Assembly: GCA_041662745.1 (NCBI GenBank)
Contig: JBAZRV010000001.1
Location: 180,001-212,000, forward strand
Direction of reading: 5' to 3'
DNA length: 32,000 nt
Source: Patescibacteria group bacterium
Lineage (GTDB): Bacteria > Patescibacteriota > Patescibacteriia > 2-01-FULL-39-33
Shown here: positions 17,731 through 26,979 of the stretch, piece by piece
Position numbering within the stretch: position 1 is the stretch's first letter
Layout: the number at the start of each line of letters is the position of its first letter
Position numbers and translations under genes: made by a program
The notes under the pieces: generated by a model
Seen by the model: the letters and a program-made list of their open reading frames with translations, nothing else
Told to the model about the DNA's origin: nothing
Database searches by the model: none

Positions 17731-19335
17731 TTATTCCGCTGAGCTTTCTTCAGCCGTGCTTGTTTCTTCGCTAATTTCTTCAGCTGGTCGGGCTTCAGTC
17801 AATTCTTCGGTTATAGGCGTCTCTTCCAATAGCGGGGTTTCTTCCGGTTTTATTTCCGCCGGCTCTGCCTCGTCTTCAGCAGCCTTATTTTTTCTAGTTT
17901 TCTTTTTCTTTTCAGCCGGAGCTTCCGTTGCGGTTTTTTCCTCTGTTGCGACAATAGTTCCTGCTTTCGGAGTTTCTGCCGTCGCTTCGCCGGTCGTTGC
18001 GCTTTCAGCTGTTTCCGCGGCTTTTTCCGGATTATATTTTTCTCCGCCGTCAGAGATGATGTCTATTTTCCAGCCGGTTAATTTGGAAGCCAAGCGGACG
18101 TTTTGGCCGCCGCGACCGATCGCCAAAGACAATTGGTCTTCCCTTACCTTGACCTTAGCTATGCGGCTGGCCCCGTCAACGATGACATCATTGACTTTGG
18201 CCGGCGATAAGGAATTGGTGATGAACTTGGCCGGATCGGCGTCGTAAAGAATGATGTCAACCTTCTCCCCGGACAGTTCGCTGATGATAGTTTGGATTCT
18301 GGATCCGCGTTGTCCGACACAGGCGCCGATCGGGTCAATATTTTCTTCGGTGGAAGCGATAGCGACCTTGGTTCGACTGCCGGCCTCGCGAGCCAATGAC
18401 TTGATTTCCACAGCGCCGGTGGCGATTTCCGGAATTTCTTCCTCAAAGATTCCCTTGACTACGGCAACGTCGGCGCGGGAGACGATCATCATTGATCCTC
18501 TTAGGCCCTGGTCAACCGTTTTCAAGTAGAATTTCAGGCGATTGCCGATATTGTAGCGTTCACGTTCAACTTGCTCCTCCGGCGGCATAATGGCGGCAGT
18601 ATGCCCTAAGTCCACAAAAACATTCTGGCCTTCGCGGCGTTGAATGGTGCCAGTAACAATGGTGTGCTCCAGGCTTTTGAACTCCTCAAATATTTTCAGA
18701 CGCTCTTCCTCGCGTAATTTTTGGATAATGACTTGTTTGGCGGTCTGCGCGGCCATACGGCCGAATTCTCCCGGCACTTCCAGGGGTGTGACGATTTCAT
18801 CGCCGATTTTAGCGTCGGGTTTTTCTATCAGAGCGTCCTTGATTTGGATTTCTGTTTTGGGGTTGAATCTTTTTTCCTGCTCTTCAGCGGTCAATTCCAC
18901 TTCTTCGGCCAAGAAAGATTTCATTGCTGTTTTTTCCTGCTGTTCTTTTTCCGGAGCGGCGGTTTCCTGCTCTTCGCGCTCCTGTTTTTCTTTCAGGGCG
19001 GCGGCAAAGGCGGCGGCAAACGAGGCGCCGGCCTCTTCCTTGGTTTTTTTCTTTTTTTCAGTTTTGGCTTCTTTGGCTTCGGTTTCTTCCGCTTCCGACA
19101 ATTCCTCTTCCGCGCCTTCTTCCGGCTCGTCCTCGACCACGGTTTTAATATCAAAAGCCTTGACCTCTCCTGTTTTAGGATCAAACTCAGTAATGATATT
19201 CTGCAATTTATTGCCGAAATCCTTACGATAGGCGGCGGCTAAAGCCGCTTCAATGGCGCGAAGCACGACCGCTTCGTCCAAATTTTTTTCCTGGCAGATT
19301 TGTTGGATGGCTGCCTGGATTGGTGATTGTGACAT
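17731..19335 (-). CDS. nusA: transcription termination/antitermination factor NusA with charged N-terminal insertion and long acidic tail
   Basis: NusA N-terminus, S1 (GTIQRREGQNVFVDLG), KH (IDPIGACVGQRGSRIQTIISELSGEKVDII; LSLAIGRGGQNVRLASKLTGWKIDI). Confidence 0.95.
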   Translation of the reverse strand: MSQSPIQAAIQQICQEKNLDEAVVLRAIEAALAAAYRKDFGNKLQNIITEFDPKTGEVKAFDIKTVVEDEPEEGAEEELSEAEETEAKEAKTEKKKKTKEEAGASFAAAFAAALKEKQEREEQETAAPEKEQQEKTAMKSFLAEEVELTAEEQEKRFNPKTEIQIKDALIEKPDAKIGDEIVTPLEVPGEFGRMAAQTAKQVIIQKLREEERLKIFEEFKSLEHTIVTGTIQRREGQNVFVDLGHTAAIMPPEEQVERERYNIGNRLKFYLKTVDQGLRGSMMIVSRADVAVVKGIFEEEIPEIATGAVEIKSLAREAGSRTKVAIASTEENIDPIGACVGQRGSRIQTIISELSGEKVDIILYDADPAKFITNSLSPAKVNDVIVDGASRIAKVKVREDQLSLAIGRGGQNVRLASKLTGWKIDIISDGGEKYNPEKAAETAESATTGEATAETPKAGTIVATEEKTATEAPAEKKKKTRKNKAAEDEAEPAEIKPEETPLLEETPITEELTEARPAEEISEETSTAEESSAE

Positions 19336-19362
19336 AGTATTTTGGTTTAATAGCTTGTAAAA

Positions 19363-19388
19363 AATGACAGCCGGATAGGGCTGTCATT
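19363..19388 (-). terminator. intrinsic terminator in the nusA leader (candidate attenuator)
   Basis: Minus strand AATGACAGCC-CTATCC-GGCTGTCATT followed by TTTTTT, between the promoter and ATG of nusA. Confidence 0.8.
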
Positions 19389-19402
19389 AATCATCTGTAA
19401 CC

Positions 19403-19431
19403 AGTATAGCATAGCCGGTTTTATTTGTCAA
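19403..19431 (-). promoter_or_regulatory. nusA sigma70-type promoter
   Basis: Minus strand TTGACA (19431-19426), 17-nt spacer, TATACT (19408-19403). Confidence 0.8.
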
Positions 19432-19449
19432 GAGCCGGATAAAATAAAA

Positions 19450-19473
19450 CGCCGCAGTGGTTTTTCTGCGGCG
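19450..19473 (-). terminator. intrinsic terminator for the 19492 gene
   Basis: CGCCGCAG...CTGCGGCG stem followed by TTTTATTTTA on the minus strand. Confidence 0.82.
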
Positions 19474-19491
19474 ATCCAATGTCCTGACAGC

Positions 19492-20229
19492 TTAAGGTTG
19501 CTGTTGCTTATCGGGCTTAAGCAATCCCATCCCAGCCAATTTTTGAGCCAAGGTGTAAATTTTCTTCAAACCTTCCCTGTCAGCATCCGGTCGCGTAGCT
19601 TCTTGGGCCAGCAATTGTTCTAAGGTCAGTCCCAATTTTTTGGCTTTGTTGCATTTGGCCATTACTATGATGACATCCATCTTTTCCTGCAACCGCCGAT
19701 TAAAATCAAGTTGATTCTTAGGGAAGATGTTCGGTGACATGCCCAATTCTCGCCGTACGGCTTTGTCGGCATGGCGCATGACCACGATAAAAGGCAATGA
19801 TGCTAACGGCTTGCCGATTTGCGCTTGAGTCCGATTATGCCTAAACCAGTCTACGAATATTCCCAGCAATTCCCGCGGAGTAATATCTTCAAAGTCATAG
19901 CCTTGATCGCGGCAGGATTCAGTCAGTACCCTGGCGTCGGTTTCCAGATTTTCCGGCTTAGGCACCTGATTCATTGTTCTGTAAAAGAGCGTCAGTTCAA
20001 AGAAGGGTACGCCCAACTGGGAGTATTTTTCCAGGTCTTTGACAGTCAGTTTTTCTTTGACTATTTCTTCTATTGTTTTTGACTTGCTAGGCTTAACCGC
20101 CGGCTTGGGCGGTTTTTTTTCTTTTTCCGGTTCAACCGGCTTAGGCGGTCGGTTTTTTTGCCGATCGGCCGGATGGACAGATACGGCGGGGTTAACTTTT
20201 GCTTCTTTTTCTTTCTTCCACCAAGGCAT
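19492..20229 (-). CDS. hypothetical protein with Lys/Pro-rich N-terminus, 245 aa
   Basis: Long ORF with its own promoter and terminator; family not recognised. Confidence 0.75.
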   Translation of the reverse strand: MPWWKKEKEAKVNPAVSVHPADRQKNRPPKPVEPEKEKKPPKPAVKPSKSKTIEEIVKEKLTVKDLEKYSQLGVPFFELTLFYRTMNQVPKPENLETDARVLTESCRDQGYDFEDITPRELLGIFVDWFRHNRTQAQIGKPLASLPFIVVMRHADKAVRRELGMSPNIFPKNQLDFNRRLQEKMDVIIVMAKCNKAKKLGLTLEQLLAQEATRPDADREGLKKIYTLAQKLAGMGLLKPDKQQQP

Positions 20230-20304
20230 TTTTTTCTCCTTATTGTTTCGCCTTACATTTAGTGCGAGTGGTTTGTGTTTTTTAAAGGTGCTGTATTCCG
20301 ATTA

Positions 20305-20333
20305 TTATAAACAAAAAAATAACAGTTGTCAAG
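20305..20333 (-). promoter_or_regulatory. promoter for the 19492 gene
   Basis: Minus strand TTGACA, 17-nt spacer, TATAAT. Confidence 0.75.
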
Positions 20334-20694
20334 AGAGGGAAATATTGTTAAACCATTTTATTTTAGCTGTGCCGGTCGTCCGATTCAGTTCCACGCTAAT
20401 TATATCCAGGCGCCAAAAGCAGTTCAAACCGCGATCGTTAAGATAAATCCGAGCGGCTTTTTGCAGATGACGCAATTTATGGCGATCAACCGCCGTTTCA
20501 GGCAAGCCGGTTTTATCGGCCGTGCGCGTTTTGACTTCTGCAAATAAAATCTCATCGCCGAGCCGGGCGATGAGATCGATTTCTCCGAATTGAGTGTAGT
20601 AGTTTCTTTTGACTATCTCATAGCCGCGTCTGATCAGGAATTGAGCGGCTAAATTTTCGCCGTATTTACCCAAACGCATTCGGTAATCGGACAT
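20329..20694 (-). CDS. yraN: YraN family (UPF0102) nuclease-fold protein
   Basis: GENLAAQFLIRRGYEIVKRNYYTQFGEIDLIARLGDEILFAEVKTR. Confidence 0.93.
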   Translation of the reverse strand: MSDYRMRLGKYGENLAAQFLIRRGYEIVKRNYYTQFGEIDLIARLGDEILFAEVKTRTADKTGLPETAVDRHKLRHLQKAARIYLNDRGLNCFWRLDIISVELNRTTGTAKIKWFNNISLS

Positions 20695-20696
20695 AG

Positions 20697-21107
20697 CTAC
20701 TTTTTTTGGGGCAAATATTTTAAATATTGTTGATGCGTTTCAGCTTGTTTTTGCGCTTGCGGCACCGCCTTACGCCAATAAAGGAAGATTCGGTAAGCCC
20801 ACCAGAGCGCGGCCAGAAGCAGGATGACGCTCCAAAAACGGGCGGAGAGATAGGATACGCGTTCGTATCTGAGCCAAGTCCAGAATAATTCCAAGCCGCC
20901 GAAAGTGGCAAACCAGGCGGCGATTTGATCAAATAATCTTAGTCGGTAGCCCGGCATTTTTTTTCTGCTGGCGTAAACTTTTAGCGCCACAGCGATTAGA
21001 AGCAAAATTATACCGGCGCCAATCATGATTTTAATGGTTGAGGGGTAGGTGTAGGGGCGTAATTCCAAAAAATAACCGGGAGTGAAGAATTTGACAATGT
21101 TAAACAT
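20697..21107 (-). CDS. hypothetical membrane protein
   Basis: Three hydrophobic segments; stop 2 bp upstream of yraN. Confidence 0.7.
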   Translation of the reverse strand: MFNIVKFFTPGYFLELRPYTYPSTIKIMIGAGIILLLIAVALKVYASRKKMPGYRLRLFDQIAAWFATFGGLELFWTWLRYERVSYLSARFWSVILLLAALWWAYRIFLYWRKAVPQAQKQAETHQQYLKYLPQKK

Positions 21108-21168
21108 AGGATTAGTTAATAGTTAGCAATCACATTTTAAGGGTAAAAAGAAAAAATGTAAAGAACGG

Positions 21169-21717
21169 TTAACGAGCGAAGATCAAACCGAAGTGGTAGG
21201 GTCCAGCCTCAAATTCTTCAAGTAATTTTAAACCGGCCTTGGCGGCCATACTCTTGATTAGCTCCGGCTCGGGGCGATCCTTGATCGGCGGGCCGAAAGG
21301 CGAAGCGATCTTTTTCCAGTCAATGATCATTAATTTTCCTCCCTGCTTGAGCAGTCGCGCAGTTTCCTTGAGAAAATTATCATGTTTTCCCGCTTGAAAT
21401 AAGACATTATGGATAAAAACGACGTCCAAACTGCCGGCCGGGATATTAGTTGCTCCCACCAACTCCAAATTGGACCAAACAGTCTTAATGTTTTTAAGCC
21501 CCTCTTGCTTAATTCTGGCATCTACGGCGCTTAAGGCGGACTTGAGGATGTCAACCGCATAAACTTGGCCGTTTTTGCCGACTAACTTGGCCGAACTTAA
21601 GGCGTAAAAGGCTAAATTGCCGCAACCCAAATCGCCGACGTTCATATTTTCCTCCAGGCCGATTTTCTTGAAGACGTCGACTTTTATCAGTTCATTGCCG
21701 TTTTGTAGATTAGCCAT
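21169..21717 (-). CDS. class I SAM-dependent methyltransferase
   Basis: MNVGDLGCGNLAFYALSSAKLVGKNGQVYAVDI; downstream LLKQGGKLMIIDW. Confidence 0.88.
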   Translation of the reverse strand: MANLQNGNELIKVDVFKKIGLEENMNVGDLGCGNLAFYALSSAKLVGKNGQVYAVDILKSALSAVDARIKQEGLKNIKTVWSNLELVGATNIPAGSLDVVFIHNVLFQAGKHDNFLKETARLLKQGGKLMIIDWKKIASPFGPPIKDRPEPELIKSMAAKAGLKLLEEFEAGPYHFGLIFAR

Positions 21718-21862
21718 ATGGGTAAAAGATTAAGAATTACCGGTTAAAAGTTGAAAAGCACCGTGCGTAACCCGGTAATCGCTCTATTGGTATTATACAA
21801 TATTTTTAAGATTATTGACAAAAGGACTTGACAAACCATTTTACTTTATTCCGGCCGGGTTA

Positions 21863-21894
21863 TATAATATACCTATACCTAAGGTGGGGGTATA
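21863..21894 (+). promoter_or_regulatory. csoR -10 region and overlapping candidate metal-responsive operator
   Basis: TATAAT at 21863-21868, then TATACC(21874)-TAAGGTGGG-GGTATA(21894) inverted repeat. Confidence 0.5.
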
Positions 21895-21951
21895 AATAAT
21901 CAGACAAAGTAAAAATTGCTAAGCTATCATAACAAATAATAATGAATATTT

Positions 21952-22218
21952 ATGAATGAGCACAAAGCCAAGGCGGTTATCGCCTTCAAAAAAACCCGGA
22001 GCCTGATGGATAAGGTGATCGCCATGTCCGAAAAGAATGAATATTGCGTAGATATCATGCAACAGAATTTGGCGGCTTTGGGCCTATTGAAATCGGCGCA
22101 TCAGCTGCTGTTAGAGGGCCATCTCCATTCCTGCTTCAGAGATGCCATGGCTTCCAATAACAATCGGCGGAAACAAGAAATGATTGAAGAAATATTAAAA
22201 ATCAGCAAGCCGCGTTAA
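21952..22218 (+). CDS. csoR: CsoR/RcnR family metal-sensing repressor
   Basis: YCVDIMQQNLAALGLLKSAHQLLLEGHLHSC has the C-x(n)-H-x3-C ligand pattern of the family (DUF156). Confidence 0.85.
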   Translation: MNEHKAKAVIAFKKTRSLMDKVIAMSEKNEYCVDIMQQNLAALGLLKSAHQLLLEGHLHSCFRDAMASNNNRRKQEMIEEILKISKPR

Positions 22219-22245
22219 TTATCATTAATAAAAAATAAAAATCAT

Positions 22246-22851
22246 ATGGACAATAAGACGTGCTGTGAATCTAAATCAACCAAAGAAGCCAAAGGTTTTT
22301 GGCCGGGATTGCTTTATGGCCTGTTGCCCCATACTTTTTGCATCTTATTCATTGTTTTGTCAATTGTCGGTTCATTGGCCGGAGCGGCTTTAGCCGGCAG
22401 GTTTTTATTAATCCCTTATTTTTTCCAATTTTTAATTTTGCTGTCCTTTGTTTTTGCTTTGTTTTCAGCTATTTTATATCTAAATCGCTTGGGTCGTCTC
22501 AATTGGCCGGGAATAAGCAAAAGTTGGAAGTATTTAGCCACATTATTCACCTCAACTTTAGCCGTTAATTTGCTATTATTTTTTATTATTTTTCCAGCCG
22601 TAGCCAATATCATCGGCGGCGGCCAGGCGGCAATTCAGGATACAACCCTAACCTTGCGGGTTGATTTGCCTTGTTCCGGTCATGCCCCGCTGATTAGCCA
22701 AAGCCTATTGAGTCAGAATGGCATCAAGACGGTCAATTTCCAGTTGCCGGACAGGTTTGTTGTCAGTTATGATAAGGACTCAATCACCGCCGATCAGATT
22801 TTAAATCAAAAGATTTTTCAATCGTTTAAGGCCAAAGTCATCACTCAATAA
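22246..22851 (+). CDS. membrane protein with degenerate HMA-like C-terminal domain
   Basis: N-terminal TCC, about four TM segments, then TLTLRVDLPCSGHAPLISQSLLSQNGIKTVNFQLPDRFVVSYDKDSITADQIL, an HMA-like beta-alpha-beta pattern. Confidence 0.65.
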   Translation: MDNKTCCESKSTKEAKGFWPGLLYGLLPHTFCILFIVLSIVGSLAGAALAGRFLLIPYFFQFLILLSFVFALFSAILYLNRLGRLNWPGISKSWKYLATLFTSTLAVNLLLFFIIFPAVANIIGGGQAAIQDTTLTLRVDLPCSGHAPLISQSLLSQNGIKTVNFQLPDRFVVSYDKDSITADQILNQKIFQSFKAKVITQ

Positions 22852-22863
22852 GTTAAAAATAAA

Positions 22864-22888
22864 GCCCGCCTGAATAGCTCAGGCGGGC
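22864..22888. terminator. hairpin terminator between convergent genes
   Basis: GCCCGCCTGA-ATAGC-TCAGGCGGGC perfect 10-bp stem; poor T-tract. Confidence 0.6.
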
Positions 22889-22901
22889 GTAAGGTTCATT
22901 A

Positions 22902-23645
22902 TTAAGGAGTGACTAATGGCAACGGTATAGGATTCTGCCCCAACGGATCGGGGGTCAGCAATTTGGGAGCGTCAAAATCGATTAACGGCCGACGTTGTTC
23001 CGCCGGATACTGTTCCAGTGAAAATTCCTTGTTATCCCGATTGACATATTTCACTTCAATTATCCTGATTTGACTGCCGGAGGGCAGAAGCATCTGATTC
23101 TTGGTGTCAGTCAGCTGTTCAATCAGCCACTCGGAATCAATCCCCAGATCCTTGGCAATGCGAGCGCATGATTCTTCCAGCCGTTCTCGGATTAAAATCT
23201 TAAAAATATCATCGCCCGCCACCCAGAGTGATTTAGACGTCTGTTTGCATTGCAGGGCGAATTCAAATTCCGTATTATGAAACAGCCACCAAGCTTGATC
23301 AATGGGTAGCGGCAAACCGTCAATGATAAATGTTTTAACCGCCGCTTTTTTAACTTCATAGTTGGCTGAATCAAGGGCTTGGAGCCTTTCCTGGGTGATG
23401 TTCTTGGCGGCGATATAACTGGAAACGGCAATGCCCAGACCAACGAAGACTATAGTCAGGCCCAGTCCGCGACGCCAGCGTTTCTGATGTTTGTACATTT
23501 GCCAAACACCCAGGCAAATCAGTATGGCGACAAGAGCCGCGCCGGTCATGGTGAAAAAGTAAGAGAACAGGAAATATTGCAAACTATAGTTCAAACCCTG
23601 CAAAAGTTCAATCAGATTGTCCAAATGCCAAGGTGCCAGCTTCAT
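22902..23645 (-). CDS. hypothetical membrane-associated protein, 247 aa
   Basis: Two N-terminal TM segments and a soluble C-terminal region; family not recognised. Confidence 0.7.
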   Translation of the reverse strand: MKLAPWHLDNLIELLQGLNYSLQYFLFSYFFTMTGAALVAILICLGVWQMYKHQKRWRRGLGLTIVFVGLGIAVSSYIAAKNITQERLQALDSANYEVKKAAVKTFIIDGLPLPIDQAWWLFHNTEFEFALQCKQTSKSLWVAGDDIFKILIRERLEESCARIAKDLGIDSEWLIEQLTDTKNQMLLPSGSQIRIIEVKYVNRDNKEFSLEQYPAEQRRPLIDFDAPKLLTPDPLGQNPIPLPLVTP

Positions 23646-23795
23646 TAAATTTCTCCTTTGGCGGTTGATTTTTCTTGTATTTGTTAGTATTTGTCCGTTT
23701 AATGTGCCTTTGCTGTATTCCAGCTAATAAGGTATGATAACAGATGAAGGGTTTATTGTCAAACTAATAAAAGAAAACATAAAATTTTAATTTAT

Positions 23796-26030
23796 ATGGC
23801 CAAAATAGAAAAACAAACTTATGATATTTCCGGTATGCATTGCGCATCTTGCGCCTTGACCATTGAAAAAAAGCTTAAAGGTGTGCCCGGCGTTAAGGGT
23901 GCTACGGTTAATTTTGCAACAGAGCAAGCCAATGTAGAATATGATTGCGATAAATGCACGGAAGAGCAAATCATTAAAGCGGTTAAGCAGACAGGCTATG
24001 GAGTCATGCCGAAGATGGATAAAGAGGATCAGGCTAAAATGAGCCAGGGTTTAGCCGGCCATGATCACGCGGCCATGGTACGTGAACAAGAAATAATCAA
24101 AGAACGCAATAGTTTTTGGCTGAGCGTTGTTTTGACTGTGCCCGTTGTTATTTTGTCCATGGTTTTAATGGACAGATCGCCGGCCAGCCTGGTTGTCCAG
24201 TCACTGCTTTCCGGCATTATACAATTTTACATCGGTTTTAGGTTTTATCGAGGAACTTGGTATGGCTTGAAGAATTTCAGCGCTAATATGGATACCCTGG
24301 TGGCCGCCGGCACCAGCGCCGCCTATCTTTACAGTTTTATTTCTGTTTTTCGCGGCGGAGAAATATTTTTTGAAACTTCGGCTTTATTGATAACTTTTGT
24401 GGTTTTAGGCAAATGGCTGGAAGCCAGAGCCAAGGGCAAGGCATCGGCGGCAATCAAGAAACTGGCAAAACTGCAGGCCAAAACAGCTTTAGTGGAGGTT
24501 AATGGCCAAGAACGGGAAGTGCCGCTTCAGGAAGTGCAAGTCGGTGACATTATTATCGTCAAGCCGGGTGAAAAGATCCCGACCGACGGCCTGATTATTT
24601 CCGGATATTCATCCATTGACGAATCCATGGTGACCGGAGAGGGTATTCCGGTTGATAAGCAATCCGGCGATCAAGTAATCGGTTCCACCATTAATCAGTC
24701 CGGCAGCTTTAAAATGAAAGCGACGCGGGTCGGCCGCGATACTCTGCTGATGCAAATAGTGAAAACCGTTGAAGAGGCCCAGGGCCGGAAAGCTCCGATT
24801 CAAAAATTTGCCGATCGCGTTTCTGAATATTTTGTGCCGGCAGTAATATTTATCGCCCTAGTTACTTTTGCCGTTTGGTTCGGCGTGTTGCATCGTCCGG
24901 CGGTAGATTCGTTAATGGCGGCGGTGGCGGTTTTGGTTATCGCTTGCCCCTGTGCTTTGGGCCTGGCTACGCCTACGGCGATTTTGGTCGGTAGCGGCAA
25001 GGGGGCGGAAAAGGGAATCCTGTATAAAAACGGCGAGGCGATTGAGCTTTCAGCTAAAATAAAAATCATGGCCTTTGATAAAACCGGCACGATTACCGTC
25101 GGCCGGCCGACGGTGACTCAGATTAAAGATTTTACCGACCGGAGTTATCTGTCCGAGTTGGCCGGCTTGGAGAGCAAATCGGAGCATCCTTTGGCTAAAG
25201 CGATCGTTGCTTATGCCAAAGCAGAAAAAATCAAATTATTGATCCCGGACAAATTTGAAGCTTCAGCCGGTAGCGGTGTCAGCGGTACGATTGAAGGGCA
25301 AAAAGTATTTGCGGGTACGGAAAAATTTTTGCTTGATAACGGCGTCAAAATAGGTCAAGAGATAATTGAACAAAAGCTCGCCTGGGAGCGGGCGGGACAA
25401 ACAGTTATGCTGGGAGCTGTCGGCGGCCAAGCAGTTGCGACTATTGCTGTAGCCGATACGATTAAAAACGATTCGGTCCAGGCGATTAATGATTTGCGGC
25501 AGCTGGGCATAGAATCAATTATGATTACCGGCGATAATAAAACCGTGGCCCAGGCGATTGCCCAAGAAGTCGGGATTAATAATGTGGTGGCAAAGATTAT
25601 GCCGCAAGATAAAGCTAAGGTCATTGATGACTTAAAAGACAATAAGTTTGGAAATTGGGGCTTAAAAATAAAAGATTACGGACGCAGGCCGTTTGTCGCC
25701 ATGGTCGGCGACGGCATTAACGATGCGCCGGCTTTGGCCGCGGCTGATTTGGGCCTGGCCATGGGCAAGGGTACGGATATCGCTATTGAGTCGGGACAGG
25801 TAGTGTTGGTCAAAGGCGATTTAGCTGATGCGGTTAAGGCGATCAGGCTGGGTCGGATGACCATGGGTAAAATAAAGCAGAATCTTTTTTGGGCGTTGTT
25901 TTACAATGTATTATTCATACCTATTGCCGCCTTGGGGTTGCTTCGCGCCGAGTATGCCGGCTTAGCCATGGCATTATCCAGCGTCTCCGTGGTGCTGAAT
26001 TCGTTATTGCTTAAAAGGAAGAAACTTTAA
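23796..26030 (+). CDS. copA: copper-translocating P1B-type ATPase
   Basis: N-terminal HMA (GMHCASC), CPC motif ([14 protein letters not shown]), [22 protein letters not shown]. Confidence 0.96.
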   Translation: MAKIEKQTYDISGMHCASCALTIEKKLKGVPGVKGATVNFATEQANVEYDCDKCTEEQIIKAVKQTGYGVMPKMDKEDQAKMSQGLAGHDHAAMVREQEIIKERNSFWLSVVLTVPVVILSMVLMDRSPASLVVQSLLSGIIQFYIGFRFYRGTWYGLKNFSANMDTLVAAGTSAAYLYSFISVFRGGEIFFETSALLITFVVLGKWLEARAKGKASAAIKKLAKLQAKTALVEVNGQEREVPLQEVQVGDIIIVKPGEKIPTDGLIISGYSSIDESMVTGEGIPVDKQSGDQVIGSTINQSGSFKMKATRVGRDTLLMQIVKTVEEAQGRKAPIQKFADRVSEYFVPAVIFIALVTFAVWFGVLHRPAVDSLMAAVAVLVIACPCALGLATPTAILVGSGKGAEKGILYKNGEAIELSAKIKIMAFDKTGTITVGRPTVTQIKDFTDRSYLSELAGLESKSEHPLAKAIVAYAKAEKIKLLIPDKFEASAGSGVSGTIEGQKVFAGTEKFLLDNGVKIGQEIIEQKLAWERAGQTVMLGAVGGQAVATIAVADTIKNDSVQAINDLRQLGIESIMITGDNKTVAQAIAQEVGINNVVAKIMPQDKAKVIDDLKDNKFGNWGLKIKDYGRRPFVAMVGDGINDAPALAAADLGLAMGKGTDIAIESGQVVLVKGDLADAVKAIRLGRMTMGKIKQNLFWALFYNVLFIPIAALGLLRAEYAGLAMALSSVSVVLNSLLLKRKKL

Positions 26031-26032
26031 TT

Positions 26033-26066
26033 AAAAAACAACCCGCTAATGGCGGGTTGTTTTTTA
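26033..26066. terminator. intrinsic terminator after copA
   Basis: AACAACCCGC...GCGGGTTGTT flanked by A-tract and T-tract. Confidence 0.85.
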
Positions 26067-26079
26067 ATTTATTGATTTT

Positions 26080-26535
26080 ATGTTAAAATTAAGGCGTATG
26101 AAAAACGGTAATTCAACAGCCAAATGGGAACCGATTAATTTTGTTTTTTATTTTCAGTTTGTGTTGATCCCGGTATTGATTGCCGGCGCGTTAGAGGTTT
26201 TTTTACGTTGGTTTTTGGTTTGGCTTTGGCCGGAATTGTCTATCGGCCTAATTGATCTGTTGATGTGGCTGGTACGCTTGGCGGCTTTCATTTGGATCGG
26301 CCGGCAAGTAGTCAAATCTTACGGCCAAATCAACGCTATCGGCGCCCTGTCCGGAGCGATTGCCGGATTAGCGATCGGGTTGATTGTCGCCGCTTCCCGC
26401 TTTTCCGGCGGTTTCAGGATTTGGAAGGTTTTTAATTTGGCGACAGAAGGAGTTTTAACCGCTCTGGCCGGTTGTTTGCTGGTTTATTTGATCGTATTAG
26501 TGTGGGACGTCCTGCCGAATAAATTGAAAATTTAA
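26080..26535 (+). CDS. hypothetical multi-TM membrane protein; start may be 26098
   Basis: Several hydrophobic segments; ATG at 26080 and at 26098. Confidence 0.7.
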   Translation: MLKLRRMKNGNSTAKWEPINFVFYFQFVLIPVLIAGALEVFLRWFLVWLWPELSIGLIDLLMWLVRLAAFIWIGRQVVKSYGQINAIGALSGAIAGLAIGLIVAASRFSGGFRIWKVFNLATEGVLTALAGCLLVYLIVLVWDVLPNKLKI

Positions 26536-26567
26536 AAATAAAAGATTAACAATTTAAAAATAAAAGT

Positions 26568-26885
26568 ATGACGGATAAAACATTAACTCAAGATCAGAAG
26601 GTTTGGGGAGCGATCTCCTATCTCTGGGTTTTAAGCCTGGTGGCTCTGGCCGCCAGGAAAAACGACAGTTACGTGCGTTTCCACGCTAATCAGGGCGTGC
26701 TGCTGTTCGTTATTTCTTTTGTCGGCTTCATTCCCGTTTTGGGCTGGTTGATTAATTTGTTGGTGGCCGTGGTGGCGATTATCGCCATAATTAAAGCTTA
26801 TGAAGGCGAAAAATGGCAACTGCCGTTATTGGCCGGTCCGGCTAAACAATTCGGCGCTTGGCTGGAGAAAACGTTGAAATTATAA
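26568..26885 (+). CDS. DUF4870-like small membrane protein
   Basis: WGAISYLWVLSLVALAARKNDSYVRFHANQGVLLF. Confidence 0.75.
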   Translation: MTDKTLTQDQKVWGAISYLWVLSLVALAARKNDSYVRFHANQGVLLFVISFVGFIPVLGWLINLLVAVVAIIAIIKAYEGEKWQLPLLAGPAKQFGAWLEKTLKL

Positions 26886-26979
26886 TTCAGGATTAGATAA
26901 ATTATAAATTAAAATAGGCAATTAATGTTTTAATCGTATTTTTAGCTGTTTAAGCCCAGGCTTATTTTTAAATATTTTT

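Noticed and set aside
18721-19242. 173-aa Phe/Gly/Leu-rich ORF antisense to nusA
   Set aside because: It is the complement of the repetitive Glu/Lys/Ala-coding NusA insertion.
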